From: Candidatus Thorarchaeota archaeon
Lineage (GTDB): Archaea > Asgardarchaeota > Thorarchaeia > Thorarchaeales > Thorarchaeaceae
Assembly (NCBI GenBank): GCA_029858305.1
Contig: JAOUFI010000006.1
Coordinates: 9,851-73,850 of the forward strand
Reading direction: 5' to 3'
Length of the DNA: 64,000 bases
In this document: positions 19,451-30,059 of the stretch, in pieces
How the letters are laid out: the number at the start of each line of letters is the position of its first letter
How positions within the stretch are numbered: the first letter of the stretch is position 1
Notes under the pieces: model-generated
What the model was told of the DNA's origin: nothing
Databases searched by the model: none
The model's input: the letters and a program-made list of their open reading frames with translations, nothing else
Translations under genes and position numbers: made by a program

Positions 19451-20538
19451 TTGATGTGCCCGAGGATACTATTGCATTCATCTCCCACCCGAAGGCAATT
19501 ATGCATCAGATGCCATTTCCAAAGCCGCATCTGGAGTCTTTTGAAAATCCATTACGCTACCAGATTGCTGAAAGGTATTTAGAGAAGCGTGGGGCGTTAG
19601 ATCGGACTATTCGGATTAAGGCTCCTAAGGCAACTGTGGATGATGTTTTATTAGTTCACTCTCCATACCTTGTGGATACTGTTAGAATTCTCTCCGACAT
19701 TGGCAGTGGTCAACTTGGCGAATCAGCATATGCAAGTCCCGATTTACTTCGCACAGCACTTCTTGCAACAGGTGGTGCGATGAAAGGAGTTGACATGGTT
19801 CTATCTGGAGAGGTTAAACACGCTTTCGTGTTCATGAGACCTCCAGGGCATCATGCTACAACCTCGAATTCTATGGGCCTCTGCTATTTCAACAATATTG
19901 CCATCGCGACAAAACATGCCTTGAAAAATGATAGGATTAAGCGAGTATCGATAATAGATTTTGATGACCACCATGGCAATGGCACATCAGAGATATTCTA
20001 TGCAAATGCAGATGTTCAATACATTTCTTTTCACGAATATGATTATGAGAACTTTGGACTTGGTCATTATGCAGAGATTGGACAGGGAGAAGGAAAAGGT
20101 ACTAACGTAAATATTCCTCTTATTGAGGCATCACCCGATATCTCCTATGATACAGCCATTAAACGTATTCTCGAACCTGCTTTGAAAGCTTTCAAACCTC
20201 AGCTTGTAATGGTTTCTGCGGGATATGATGCACACTATGCAGATCCGGTTGGGAATATGAGTGTAGATTCTAGAACGTACTGGAAATTTGGGGATTCGAT
20301 TAACAAAATTGTCCATTCTCTAAATGCTGTAGGTTCGGTATGGGTTCTTGAGGGGGGCTATAATCCATTTGCGCTTGGCCCTTCAATCTTTGCAAGTCTT
20401 GAAGGGCTTGCAAGAAAACCAAAACCAGAGCTTGAAGATCAAGTAGAACGGGAGTTAAATGAACTCATTGTCGAATCCAACATCGAGGTAATCGACAAGG
20501 TATTGGAAACAGTCACACCATTCTGGTCCAAGAAGTGA
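19447..20538 (+). CDS. Histone deacetylase family protein
   Basis: RPPGHHA, G.CYFNN, DFD.HHGNG, SAGYDAH, LEGGY. Confidence 0.93.
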   Translation: MIDVPEDTIAFISHPKAIMHQMPFPKPHLESFENPLRYQIAERYLEKRGALDRTIRIKAPKATVDDVLLVHSPYLVDTVRILSDIGSGQLGESAYASPDLLRTALLATGGAMKGVDMVLSGEVKHAFVFMRPPGHHATTSNSMGLCYFNNIAIATKHALKNDRIKRVSIIDFDDHHGNGTSEIFYANADVQYISFHEYDYENFGLGHYAEIGQGEGKGTNVNIPLIEASPDISYDTAIKRILEPALKAFKPQLVMVSAGYDAHYADPVGNMSVDSRTYWKFGDSINKIVHSLNAVGSVWVLEGGYNPFALGPSIFASLEGLARKPKPELEDQVERELNELIVESNIEVIDKVLETVTPFWSKK

Positions 20539-20616
20539 GGCAATAAACTGTGGCATGGACAATGTTTTAAGGCTATAAATTTGCGAGCGAATAATCAGTC
20601 AAGGTGGTTCTGAAAA

Positions 20617-20892
20617 GTGGGTAAGAAAAGAAAATCTGGCGGCCGAAGCAAAGGCAGTTCTGGTCATAGTGGAACTGTGCAGTGTTCAAGATGTGGTCGA
20701 GTCGTGCCAGCAGATAAGGCTAAGAAATACACTAAGAGAGTCTCTTCTGTTGAACCACAATTAGCTAGAGAATTGCGACAACAGGGAAGCTACATTCAGA
20801 CACGACGCGTAACATCCTACTATTGTGTCAGCTGTGCAGTTCACGCAGGAAGAGTCAACATCAGAGCATCATCTGAGCGTAAATCCGTTTAA
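20617..20892 (+). CDS. rps26e: 30S ribosomal protein S26e
   Basis: KKRKSGGRSK, VQCSRCGRVVPADKA, YCVSCAVH. Confidence 0.95.
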   Translation: MGKKRKSGGRSKGSSGHSGTVQCSRCGRVVPADKAKKYTKRVSSVEPQLARELRQQGSYIQTRRVTSYYCVSCAVHAGRVNIRASSERKSV

Positions 20893-20979
20893 CAGCAGCA
20901 TGCTGAACTCACTATGAGCGCTCTCTTGAATTCCTCCGATGACAATTGCCTTTAATGCATAATCTAGAGGGTATACCTA

Positions 20980-21579
20980 ATGCCCGTTGAATCAAAATCC
21001 ACCTTGTTAAGATTTATTCAGCTTTTGCCAGAGATTCCACCAACAGGAGATTTCCTCCTTAAGGATCTTCCAGGAACAGGTAATCGTATCGATGTTCTGT
21101 GTCGTGATTTAGCGGCATGCTTTGATTGGGGTCCAACAAAATGGTCATATTCCCAGTTGGAACTAGTTGCGATATTCAGTAACGAAGTTATCCTCACTTT
21201 CAACAAACCGTCAAACGATCTACCACTTGGAGAAATGGGATGGGCAAAGGACATCAAGGAAGCCCTGCAAGGGAAACCTCCAGATTATATCAAAATCAGT
21301 AAGAATTCTTTAGAAACCATAATTAAGAGATTCAACAAGCCACCAAACTCCCAACTTTGGATTCTTCATGAGGAAGGAAAGCCATTCAGTGACTATAAAA
21401 TACAGGTTTTCAAAACGCAGAACAGTTTTATGCTTGGAGATTATAGAGGCTTCGATTCCCAGACAGAAGAGCTCATATCCAAATATGATTTGAGAAGGAT
21501 GTCACTAGGAAAAATAAGCTATCTTAGTAGTCATTGCGTGGTTTCAATTATCTCAAAATTTGAAAGGATGGTCAAATAA
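20980..21579 (+). CDS. trmY: tRNA (pseudouridine54-N1)-methyltransferase, SPOUT family
   Basis: F.LKDLPG..RIDVLCR, LHEEG, F.LGD..G, SLG..SY.SSHC. Confidence 0.8.
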   Translation: MPVESKSTLLRFIQLLPEIPPTGDFLLKDLPGTGNRIDVLCRDLAACFDWGPTKWSYSQLELVAIFSNEVILTFNKPSNDLPLGEMGWAKDIKEALQGKPPDYIKISKNSLETIIKRFNKPPNSQLWILHEEGKPFSDYKIQVFKTQNSFMLGDYRGFDSQTEELISKYDLRRMSLGKISYLSSHCVVSIISKFERMVK

Positions 21580-21935
21580 TGCCCGAGGGAGAGCAAACAA
21601 GTGATGAAAATAAGTCTAAAGCCATTAACAGACTTGTAAGCAAACTTACAAAAGAAATGCTGTGGATGTACATATTACGACTCCTGCAGGAACGACCTCA
21701 TTATGGATATGAAATCAAGCAATTGATACGTGAACGATTTGGTTTCTCTCCAGCAACTGTAAGTGGTTATGCAATAATCTATCGCCTTATCAATGATGGA
21801 CTTATTGAGGAACAACGTCCTGATGACTCCCCAAGGAAGTACTATGCAATTACAGCAAAAGGGAGTGCCGCGATGTCTGATGCCAAGGCATTCCTATCAA
21901 GTACTCTCGCCAAAGTTTTTGATCAAACCGATTAA
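21579..21935 (+). CDS. PadR family transcriptional regulator
   Basis: IL.LL...P.YGYEI...Y..L...GLI...RKYY.IT.KG. Confidence 0.9.
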   Translation: MPEGEQTSDENKSKAINRLVSKLTKEMLWMYILRLLQERPHYGYEIKQLIRERFGFSPATVSGYAIIYRLINDGLIEEQRPDDSPRKYYAITAKGSAAMSDAKAFLSSTLAKVFDQTD

Positions 21936-21942
21936 AAGATAC

Positions 21943-22866
21943 TTAACGTGTTTCTGAATCATGAGCTATTTGCGCAGCCCTTCGTTCCACATCAGAACGT
22001 ATCAAATTGAAATCAAGTCCTGTTCTTTCAACCTTCTCACTAGCTACTGCAGCTCCTAAAGCCGCGCAATTAACAATGCTTCTCTCCTCTAGTAAACCAA
22101 GAGCAAATCCAGCTAGAAAAGAAGCTCCTGCACAGAATGCATCTTTTGCTTGAGTTGGAAATGCGGGAACGATTGTGAACATGTTTCCATCATATATCAA
22201 ACTACCTTTCTCTCCTAAGGTGATGATACAACTTTCTGCTAATGACTCAACAAGTAGCTCGGCAGCGAGAAACATATCCTCTTCTCCGGTAATTAAGAGA
22301 GCCTCGCGTTCATTAGGTTTGATAAAATCCAGAAATGAGCGTGTTTTTTCGATGACTTGTAGTTCGGATACGACTGCGAGCTTCCCCTCTGAATTGATAT
22401 CTCGCAGTTGAGGGTCAAGGAGGATAGTTGCATCAGATGAATTACATATCCATTCAATAAGTTCTGCGCTAATTTCTTGCAAAAGCGGGCTAAGAATAAT
22501 GATCTGTGAAGATAGAAATTCATCGGGTATATCACGAATACCGATTGTTTTGGGTACACCCAACACCGAAATATAGTCAGGTTCAATACCCCCATTATAA
22601 TTGAGTTCAAATCCACCTGTATCTAGCGAGTTTATTGGATAGTATTCAGGGATACCTAGCTTGTCGAGATAGATAGCATATTGATCCAGGTATTGAGAAC
22701 TGATTGGACCTACGATTGCCATATTTTCGATTCCCAATTGAACTGCGCATCGTGCACTAAATATAGCTGGACCAGACAACTGGCGACCATTATTTGATGA
22801 TGGTCTTACAAATCTATCATATGAGGGACTACCTATCACAACAAGATCATACATTAAATCATTCAC
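21943..22866 (-). CDS. PfkB/ribokinase-family protein (catalytic Asp apparently substituted)
   Basis: KPNEREA, ITLGEKGS; DAFCAGASF instead of DxxGAGDxF. Confidence 0.8.
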   Translation of the reverse strand: MNDLMYDLVVIGSPSYDRFVRPSSNNGRQLSGPAIFSARCAVQLGIENMAIVGPISSQYLDQYAIYLDKLGIPEYYPINSLDTGGFELNYNGGIEPDYISVLGVPKTIGIRDIPDEFLSSQIIILSPLLQEISAELIEWICNSSDATILLDPQLRDINSEGKLAVVSELQVIEKTRSFLDFIKPNEREALLITGEEDMFLAAELLVESLAESCIITLGEKGSLIYDGNMFTIVPAFPTQAKDAFCAGASFLAGFALGLLEERSIVNCAALGAAVASEKVERTGLDFNLIRSDVERRAAQIAHDSETR

Positions 22867-23599
22867 CTAACTCCGAGGCAAGAATCACTTTACGAGCATA
22901 GAGCAATCGTTGGACTACTGTGATATGCGATAGAATACCAACTATCACGATACAGAGAGTGAGGATATTTGTGATGTCCAGTGAAATAAAGAAAGCTAAT
23001 AGTCCAGGTAAAGGTGTTAATAGATCAATCCAAATGTTTGATGTAGGTATTGCGAGGAGAAGGATACCTGCAATCTGCAATAGCAATTTCTCTTGCCGCT
23101 CTGCTATTCCCACGGTACAGCTCTCCATCCCACCAACAGACTCAGCTTTTGCTCGAGTGAAACTTGCCATTATCATACCGAAAAGTGCAAAGAATCCCCA
23201 GAACCAAGGTATGAATGTATCACCAGCAACCCACCATGAAAGTGTAAATGGAGCCCAAGGAAGAAGCACTGCATTCAACGGCCCCATCATGAGACCAAGC
23301 ATGAAGAGATATTCTGCATATCTATCAAGAGTATGGTCGAAAGTAGCTCCAAACTTTGAGGATAGATTTGCAGCACGTGCAACAGCCCCATCGAACATGT
23401 CCATTACCACGGTCAGAATCATAACGAGTAGGCCTGTTATGATCTCACCAATAATAAAGAACCAAGCACTAACTAATGCAACTAGCAGCGTCAGTCCTGT
23501 AATCATATTTGGTGTAATCCCTGTTTTGGCAAGTACCCTGCCAACAGGCATCATAGCACGTTGATATCGCTCTCGAAGACTTCCAAGCATAGGTATCAC
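22859..23599 (-). CDS. CDP-alcohol phosphatidyltransferase (archaetidylinositol-phosphate synthase-like)
   Basis: TPN.IT, DMFDGAVAR......FGA.FD...DR, S..RAKAE, G..ER.E. Confidence 0.88.
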   Translation of the reverse strand: MIPMLGSLRERYQRAMMPVGRVLAKTGITPNMITGLTLLVALVSAWFFIIGEIITGLLVMILTVVMDMFDGAVARAANLSSKFGATFDHTLDRYAEYLFMLGLMMGPLNAVLLPWAPFTLSWWVAGDTFIPWFWGFFALFGMIMASFTRAKAESVGGMESCTVGIAERQEKLLLQIAGILLLAIPTSNIWIDLLTPLPGLLAFFISLDITNILTLCIVIVGILSHITVVQRLLYARKVILASELGE

Positions 23600-23662
23600 G
23601 ATTCCAAGCTGTGGTCAGACGGCGGCCAAAGTTGTGATGCTAATAAACGTGTTGTGGAATGT

Positions 23663-25330
23663 TCATAACACGCTTTTAATGCGTTCAAGAACCCAATCAT
23701 TCCCTAGAAGGTTCAAAAAGGGTCCTAGTCTAGGTCCAGAATTCTTCGAGAGAAGAATTCTATAGAGTATTAGAAACGCTCGTTTAGGTTTGATGCCGAT
23801 ATCCTTAGCTGTATTGAATATTGATGCCTGCATATCATCATCATCTAATGGCTCGCGTTGGATAGTTTCCACAAATCTAGATAAGAAGCGTCTATCATCT
23901 TTGCTCATCGTAGAAACAACATCTTTTGGCACAACATCAGGAACTTCGATAATATCTTGCTCACTACCATATTCTCGGGCCCAATTATAGGCTCTTGAAA
24001 GCCGTGTGGGTATCAGGGACTTAGCTTTCGGGGGTACATCAGATAGGTTGTGCTGTTTTTTCAGAACATTATAACAACGCTCCAGAATCATTTCTTCACT
24101 TAAGATACCCTTAAGCTGAGATGTTAGAACCGCGAACTTGAAGGACAGTTTTGGAACAAATTCATCACAAACCGGTTGCACCTCTGTCAAAGGATAGAGT
24201 ATCTTAGCCAATTCCTGTTTCTCACTATCAACTTCCTCAGGCCTATAGAATGTCTGCTCAAAGGATTCGTAAATGTCGACCAAATCGGGGATTAGGTCTG
24301 TCTGTATATTATTTGCTTTTTCAGGGTCAATTCTAAGGATCATGTACCTAAACAACTCGGGTGGAGCAATATTCAGCCAAGATTTGGGAGTAAAGACAAA
24401 GCCTCTCGATGTACCCATGTCTTTTCCTCCGAGTCGTACCCATTCAAAGGGAACCTTTACTGGTCCAGACCAACCAAATACACGTTGAGATATCTCTAGG
24501 CCGGTATCATAAGAACCACCTTTCACGGCATGGTCTTTACCAGCTGGTTCACAGGTTGTGTTCATTACATACCATTTTGCAGGCCAATCCACTCGCCATG
24601 ATAATTTCAACCGGAGATTATCGAGTTTTGTAGTGTCAGAATGTCCACAGTGAGCACACTTGAAAGATACTTCATCAGTTTCTTGATTATATGATGTCAC
24701 TCGATTGGGAACTATTGAGCCCTTTCCGCCAGATTGAAGTCGACCGCATTCAGGACATACTACTGATGCCGGATACCAGGATTTCATCGACTCGATGTAT
24801 TCAGTCCTCTGATTCAGGTCAAAATCCCGTGCAACAAACTCAATCAATATCTCTCTGATAGTCTCTGTATGCCTTAGGCAGATACGAACAGCGTTAAGCA
24901 TCTCTTTTGTCTTGTATAGTTTTGACTGTAGCACGACTTCAGGATCTGCACCAAATTCCGGAAATGATTCTACAAGCTCATTTGTCCAGTGGGCGCCCAG
25001 ACTTTCACAACAACCATATGGATCAGGGGCATCAGAATATGGTACTCCCATGTATTCTTCAGGGGATAAAGTGAGACTTGGGGGAAATGAGCGAATCGGA
25101 TCATAATCATCTGAGATGAACACTGTCTTCGCTCTTTTGCCGTGTTTCTGAAGTTCTCGCTTAATGACATCTGCAATGATAATCTCCTTCATGAATCCAA
25201 CATGTACACTACCACTCATACTCTTGCCTGTTACAATTGTGTACTGATCTGGATCTCGTTCTAATACTTCATCGACTATATCTTTAATCCAGTGAATTGA
25301 GAATTCATCTTGAGTTTCTTCAGGCGTCAC
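23663..25330 (-). CDS. lysS: Lysine--tRNA ligase, class I
   Basis: HW, SG.VHVG, DP.GCC, CPECG, L.WRVDWP.KW, E.AGKDH, GPRLG. Confidence 0.95.
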   Translation of the reverse strand: MTPEETQDEFSIHWIKDIVDEVLERDPDQYTIVTGKSMSGSVHVGFMKEIIIADVIKRELQKHGKRAKTVFISDDYDPIRSFPPSLTLSPEEYMGVPYSDAPDPYGCCESLGAHWTNELVESFPEFGADPEVVLQSKLYKTKEMLNAVRICLRHTETIREILIEFVARDFDLNQRTEYIESMKSWYPASVVCPECGRLQSGGKGSIVPNRVTSYNQETDEVSFKCAHCGHSDTTKLDNLRLKLSWRVDWPAKWYVMNTTCEPAGKDHAVKGGSYDTGLEISQRVFGWSGPVKVPFEWVRLGGKDMGTSRGFVFTPKSWLNIAPPELFRYMILRIDPEKANNIQTDLIPDLVDIYESFEQTFYRPEEVDSEKQELAKILYPLTEVQPVCDEFVPKLSFKFAVLTSQLKGILSEEMILERCYNVLKKQHNLSDVPPKAKSLIPTRLSRAYNWAREYGSEQDIIEVPDVVPKDVVSTMSKDDRRFLSRFVETIQREPLDDDDMQASIFNTAKDIGIKPKRAFLILYRILLSKNSGPRLGPFLNLLGNDWVLERIKSVL

Positions 25331-25377
25331 TAAACAAGCCTCAGGAGTATCTAAGGCAATGGTCTAAAGAATATTAC

Positions 25378-27231
25378 TCAAGATGAGAATTCTGACACAG
25401 TAAGGTCGCTTCGTCTCATGAAGAAGAGATAGACAGGTATAGAGGATAGCACAATCACTGCAAGTATTGCTACAAAGAGTGATAGGATAGAAACTGGGAG
25501 ATATGATAGGGTTGGAACTGCTGCTTCAGGTATAAGTGAATATACACTCAGAAACGTCCCAATAACTAATGCAGGGATTCCTGCTCGCACTCCGACATCT
25601 AAGCCCTCTGCAATCATCATTTTAGCGATGAATGAGGGTTTTGCACCAATGGATTGCATGATGATATAATCTCTCAATCGCCCAAATATCGACACTAACA
25701 AGTAATTCATGAGAGCGAGAAATGAACTAACCAAAGCCATTAGAGCTAGCGGATTCAGGAGAATCCATATTGAGTGGATAGCTAGCATATTCTCATCAAG
25801 TACTTCCTGCTGCCTATAGATGCTCAATCCATAATTTTGAGCAAGAGATTCAATTTGATCAATCACAGAGTCAACATATGAATCAATCTGCACTAGCAGG
25901 AGGTTATAGCCAGCTAAGCCATAATAATCCTGAAGAGTGGTCAGATCCATAATAGCCATATTACCTCCATTTAGGGTATCAAATGCCAAAGCCTGTATAT
26001 CTAAAGATCTTCCAGCTACCCTCAGCGATTGGACAAGAGGATCATCAAATAGCTCTTGAGCTATTGTACCGCCTATCCAGACCTGTTGGGAACTATTGAC
26101 TCTTGTTCCTTCATAATACCAATTAGAGAGGGTCGATTGCCAATTAACACCAACAAGTACAGCAGAGCCATCTCTCTCTTGGCCAATAATCTCGTATTGC
26201 TGAAGTTCTTCGTTCCAGACTATTCCTTGCCCCTCCTCGACATCATCATAAATGACTAGTCGCGATTCCATTGCTACAATTCCTGAAACACTTTGAAGGT
26301 CAGTAACAAGAGATTCGTTTATCATATCTGTTGGTTCAATGAAACTGAAAGAGTCATTGAGAGATGAACCATAGAAAGAATATGCGTCATAATATTGACC
26401 AAGCATATCGGTATTCCCTACTGCGATAATATTAGTACCCATAGAACGCATCATATATGACTGAGATGTTGTTTCAACAACTCCACCGCCTATCCAGAGA
26501 AGAGACGCAATAGAAAAACTCAGGAAGAGAGAGAGAATTGTTCTCCTTGTTCCTTTTAACCGACGACCCGTACCTTTAGAAGCGATTTGGAAAGCAAGCC
26601 CAAATCCATCTAGAAACCCCGACTTTCGGACACGCATGCCCACATCGGGATTCAGCGTGATAGATGGGGATTCTTGTACAGTATCATAGATAGGCTTCTG
26701 TGCTGAGAAATAACCAGCGATAATGTAAATGATTGCAAGGAGAGCAAGCTGAAGCCATGGGAATTCCAAGGAAAATTGAATTCCTGGCATGATTCCTGCG
26801 AGCCAAATCATTGCTATAATGTATAAAACAGTACCAAAAGCCAATCCAATGGCAATACTTGCTAAAAGGACAATTACCGATTGTGCCATGAAGAAATCAA
26901 AGATGGAATCCATGAGTGTACCCATAGCTTTCATGAGTCCAATGTCACGACGTCGTGTCACCATTTCAAGGGAAAGCGTAGTGGAAACTACAACAGCTCC
27001 CATTACAAAGACAAGTAGTAGAATGGACCAGATAAAGGTCGAGAAGAACAAACCCATGGATGTTGATAGAGCTCTAGCTAACGAGTATGTTGACACATCG
27101 AGAAGAACATTTCCAAAGAGGAAGATGAAGGTTGTCGCTGTCACAGAGCTGCTAAGAGATATTAGAACAAGAGCACCTCTGAAGGGTCTTCGTTTCAAGT
27201 CCTTTGATGCAAATCCTTGAAACTCAGACAT
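25378..27231 (-). CDS. FtsX-like/MacB-type ABC permease
   Basis: Two R.RD.G..K..G / R.RDY.IM.SIG motifs; large extracytoplasmic domain. Confidence 0.85.
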   Translation of the reverse strand: MSEFQGFASKDLKRRPFRGALVLISLSSSVTATTFIFLFGNVLLDVSTYSLARALSTSMGLFFSTFIWSILLLVFVMGAVVVSTTLSLEMVTRRRDIGLMKAMGTLMDSIFDFFMAQSVIVLLASIAIGLAFGTVLYIIAMIWLAGIMPGIQFSLEFPWLQLALLAIIYIIAGYFSAQKPIYDTVQESPSITLNPDVGMRVRKSGFLDGFGLAFQIASKGTGRRLKGTRRTILSLFLSFSIASLLWIGGGVVETTSQSYMMRSMGTNIIAVGNTDMLGQYYDAYSFYGSSLNDSFSFIEPTDMINESLVTDLQSVSGIVAMESRLVIYDDVEEGQGIVWNEELQQYEIIGQERDGSAVLVGVNWQSTLSNWYYEGTRVNSSQQVWIGGTIAQELFDDPLVQSLRVAGRSLDIQALAFDTLNGGNMAIMDLTTLQDYYGLAGYNLLLVQIDSYVDSVIDQIESLAQNYGLSIYRQQEVLDENMLAIHSIWILLNPLALMALVSSFLALMNYLLVSIFGRLRDYIIMQSIGAKPSFIAKMMIAEGLDVGVRAGIPALVIGTFLSVYSLIPEAAVPTLSYLPVSILSLFVAILAVIVLSSIPVYLFFMRRSDLTVSEFSS

Positions 27232-27976
27232 CTTCTTGTAACGCTCCTGACTCCATTCTGAAGCGACGGCATCCAGATTGATTGATTATTCGTTCATCGT
27301 GAGTCATCACTATGACCGCTTTTCCTTCCTTGTTCAATTCAAGAAGAAGATCCCTTATCATCTGGCCGCTTTCTCCATCTAGATTCGCTGTTGGTTCATC
27401 AGCAAGAATTATCGGAGGGTCGTTTGCCATAGCTCTGGCAATTGCAACTCTCTGCTGTTCCCCAGAACTCAATTGCCACGGCAGATGATCTGCTCGATGC
27501 TCCATTTCAACGCGTTCAAGAAGCTTCATTGCTTCGTCTTGAAGTGACTTGAGACTCTTCGAGGAGAGCTGCATCGGAAATAAGACATTCTCCAGTGCTG
27601 TTAGTGTCGATACTAGATTGTAGCTCTGGAAGATAAATCCCGTGTTGCTTAATCTGAATGAGGACCTGAAGGTTTCATCATAATCATTGATTGGCACATC
27701 CATTACAAATAGGCGACCAGATGTTACAAGATCAATGGCTCCAATTATGTTGAGTAAGGTGGTCTTACCAGATCCTGAACGACCAGAGATTACGATGAGC
27801 TCCCCTTGTCGAACCTCCAGATTTACGTTCTTTAGTGCCTCTATTTCCTTTTTCCCAGTCTTATACACTCTTGAAACATCCACTAGTTTCACAGCATACT
27901 TGACTCGTTCAAAGTCATCATCACCGACTTCATCCTTTGTATAATCAATCGCATCAAGATAATCATGATCAGCCAT
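27224..27976 (-). CDS. ABC ATPase, LolD type
   Basis: [29 protein letters not shown]. Confidence 0.92.
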   Translation of the reverse strand: MADHDYLDAIDYTKDEVGDDDFERVKYAVKLVDVSRVYKTGKKEIEALKNVNLEVRQGELIVISGRSGSGKTTLLNIIGAIDLVTSGRLFVMDVPINDYDETFRSSFRLSNTGFIFQSYNLVSTLTALENVLFPMQLSSKSLKSLQDEAMKLLERVEMEHRADHLPWQLSSGEQQRVAIARAMANDPPIILADEPTANLDGESGQMIRDLLLELNKEGKAVIVMTHDERIINQSGCRRFRMESGALQEDV

Positions 27977-28072
27977 TGGTAGGTCACCTAATCATCAATC
28001 TTTCAACAACTATCTACTGTTGAATTGAGACGGCCATCTTCGAGTTCCTAGATAAGTATAGAGTTTGTGCCG

Positions 28073-28876
28073 TTATTGTACTAGGATATCCATACTGATT
28101 ATTGCAGACCGCGCCCAATCTGTGAGTATGACTGGTTTTTCACGACCAAATACTTTGATGGATCGAAGAATATCAGCCTTCAAGAGACTACTAGTGTAGT
28201 AAGAAATCAAACTCTTGTCAACATCAAGAACCTTGCTAATCTCAGCTTGAGTTGTCTGTCCATTCTTCACACACTCTGAGAGGATTGATCCTACCGTAGG
28301 ATTTCGAGAGAGTGCGGTCAGCAGAAGAACTCTATCCTCAAATGAGAAATCACTTGGAAAGATATGCCGTACATTTCCATATCTAATTGAAACTACCTCT
28401 CCCGCATTTTCCAAGTTGTTGATGTGATATTGCAGCGCACCCATTGCACATCCTATATTTCTATGAAGCTCGCGCAAATGTATGCCTGGATTCGCGACGA
28501 CTTCATCAACAATTCTATCACGTAGTTTGAGAGCTTTCCGGTCCCTTGTTCGTTCTACAGCTATTGTACCAATAATTAACGCAAATAATCCAATGTCCAC
28601 TGACTGAGTTGTCCAATGCACCCAATAGTTAATTGTGCCAATAGCAGACTGAGAAATGGCATCTAGTGTGAAATTAATTGTACCACTACTTACAGTCGCA
28701 AGTGTAAATCCAAGATCTAGAGCAACCTGATTATTGTTTTGCGTGATTGGTAAACTCGGAGAAACAGAATCCAAGTTACCAAAACCTGATTCTGATAGAG
28801 CCAAGCCAACTATACCCCAAGTGATAAGGAGAAAAGAGAGTCCAATCAGGATTTTTTTAGTGAAATGGCTGCTCAT
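28073..28876 (-). CDS. Membrane-anchored winged-helix transcriptional regulator
   Basis: Two TM segments, then NPGIHLREL....G.LQYH HTH and a second HTH (QAEISK.L.V.KS.ISYY). Confidence 0.75.
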   Translation of the reverse strand: MSSHFTKKILIGLSFLLITWGIVGLALSESGFGNLDSVSPSLPITQNNNQVALDLGFTLATVSSGTINFTLDAISQSAIGTINYWVHWTTQSVDIGLFALIIGTIAVERTRDRKALKLRDRIVDEVVANPGIHLRELHRNIGCAMGALQYHINNLENAGEVVSIRYGNVRHIFPSDFSFEDRVLLLTALSRNPTVGSILSECVKNGQTTQAEISKVLDVDKSLISYYTSSLLKADILRSIKVFGREKPVILTDWARSAIISMDILVQ

Positions 28877-28947
28877 ATGTTTTCTACCACCTGACTCCTT
28901 AAGATGATTACGCAGTTAAATAGTGCGTTTGTTGAACGGATGCACTA

Positions 28948-29502
28948 TTATGTACTGCTTCGTGCAGGATACGTGAGTGTGATTTTAAATGTGCAGGACT
29001 CGGCACCAGCGGATATACATGTTTCTTCACTAACAATTAGTTTTTCATACTCGATTCTGTTGAAATCTGTAAGATATTCAAGAACCGCTTCGATGAAACC
29101 TTTTAGAAAGTAACACGAAGGTTCTTCACTCTCATACCCAGAGGCATAGGGATTATTTCCCACCTCTATTATTGCTTCTTCATCAAGCCACAATTTGTAT
29201 AGCTTGGAAATTTTAATGTCACCAAAAGGAACAATCAAAGTTTCTAAAGTCATCTTAATGAACTCGACTATACCCTTAAAGTCGCCAGGAGGCTTTTGTT
29301 TACCCACCTTGAAATATTCTCGTTGAGCTTCAAGACCTGCAAGACGACCTGCGGAATAATACAAATCACGTACTCGATCCGGAAACATTACAGCAATTCG
29401 GCTGCCAATCTTGTTCCAGGTCTTAGCAAAGAACGCGGACATTAAATCACGTTCTTTTAGGCGACCTTGCCACCACGGAATCACCCGTTCCTCTTTTGAC
29501 AT
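28948..29502 (-). CDS. V4R domain protein
   Basis: Y..G...G, NPY......P.CYF.KGF...V, EETCISAG..SC.F.I. Confidence 0.8.
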   Translation of the reverse strand: MSKEERVIPWWQGRLKERDLMSAFFAKTWNKIGSRIAVMFPDRVRDLYYSAGRLAGLEAQREYFKVGKQKPPGDFKGIVEFIKMTLETLIVPFGDIKISKLYKLWLDEEAIIEVGNNPYASGYESEEPSCYFLKGFIEAVLEYLTDFNRIEYEKLIVSEETCISAGAESCTFKITLTYPARSST

Positions 29503-29563
29503 TGGAGAGTCCTCTAACTAATGATTCTACATGCAATTGCGTTAAGTGCTTTGTTGTTATATT

Positions 29564-30046
29564 TTACACTAGACGCACATTCCAGACACACATGCTTGCA
29601 CCTGTCGCACGGGATTGCTCTTGAAAGACCCTTGCATCCACACCCTTGACTTCAAGGATTGACTCAAGGATGCCACTGAAGACCTCACAATACCCAAAAC
29701 CACGCATACCCTCAAGATTCACATCTTGACACCAAACACAGCTATGATCACTAATGCGGACAGATCCTCGAGCTGTCTTCATGTCAACATCAGCAGGACG
29801 TTTATCGTATAGAATCTTAAAGACAACTTCAATCAGTTTTGCAACGTCCTCACGCGTCGTAACGCTCTCCTTAGTTTTCTCTACAATTTCTGTGTTAAGG
29901 TATATCTGTCGACCAATCTCGTAGCCAAGGTCACGCAGCTTCTGATTTGCTTCATCGATATTTGTTGTTCCAGATAGTATGTTGTCAACGTAGTATGAGT
30001 AGAGGCTCACCAGTAGTGGATTTTCTATCTTTGGCATTTCAGGCAC
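29564..30046 (-). CDS. Bet3/TRAPPC3-like V4R protein
   Basis: Y...V........DEANQKLRDLGYEIG.QI resembles the Bet3 helices; CxWC, YC..FSG.LE, C.W. Confidence 0.7.
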   Translation of the reverse strand: MPEMPKIENPLLVSLYSYYVDNILSGTTNIDEANQKLRDLGYEIGRQIYLNTEIVEKTKESVTTREDVAKLIEVVFKILYDKRPADVDMKTARGSVRISDHSCVWCQDVNLEGMRGFGYCEVFSGILESILEVKGVDARVFQEQSRATGASMCVWNVRLV

Positions 30047-30059
30047 CTATTAGTTATTC

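Noticed and set aside
24400-24430. Variant KMSKS motif (DMGTSRG) in LysRS as a sign of inactivation
   Set aside because: Class I LysRS motifs are variable and the rest of the enzyme is intact
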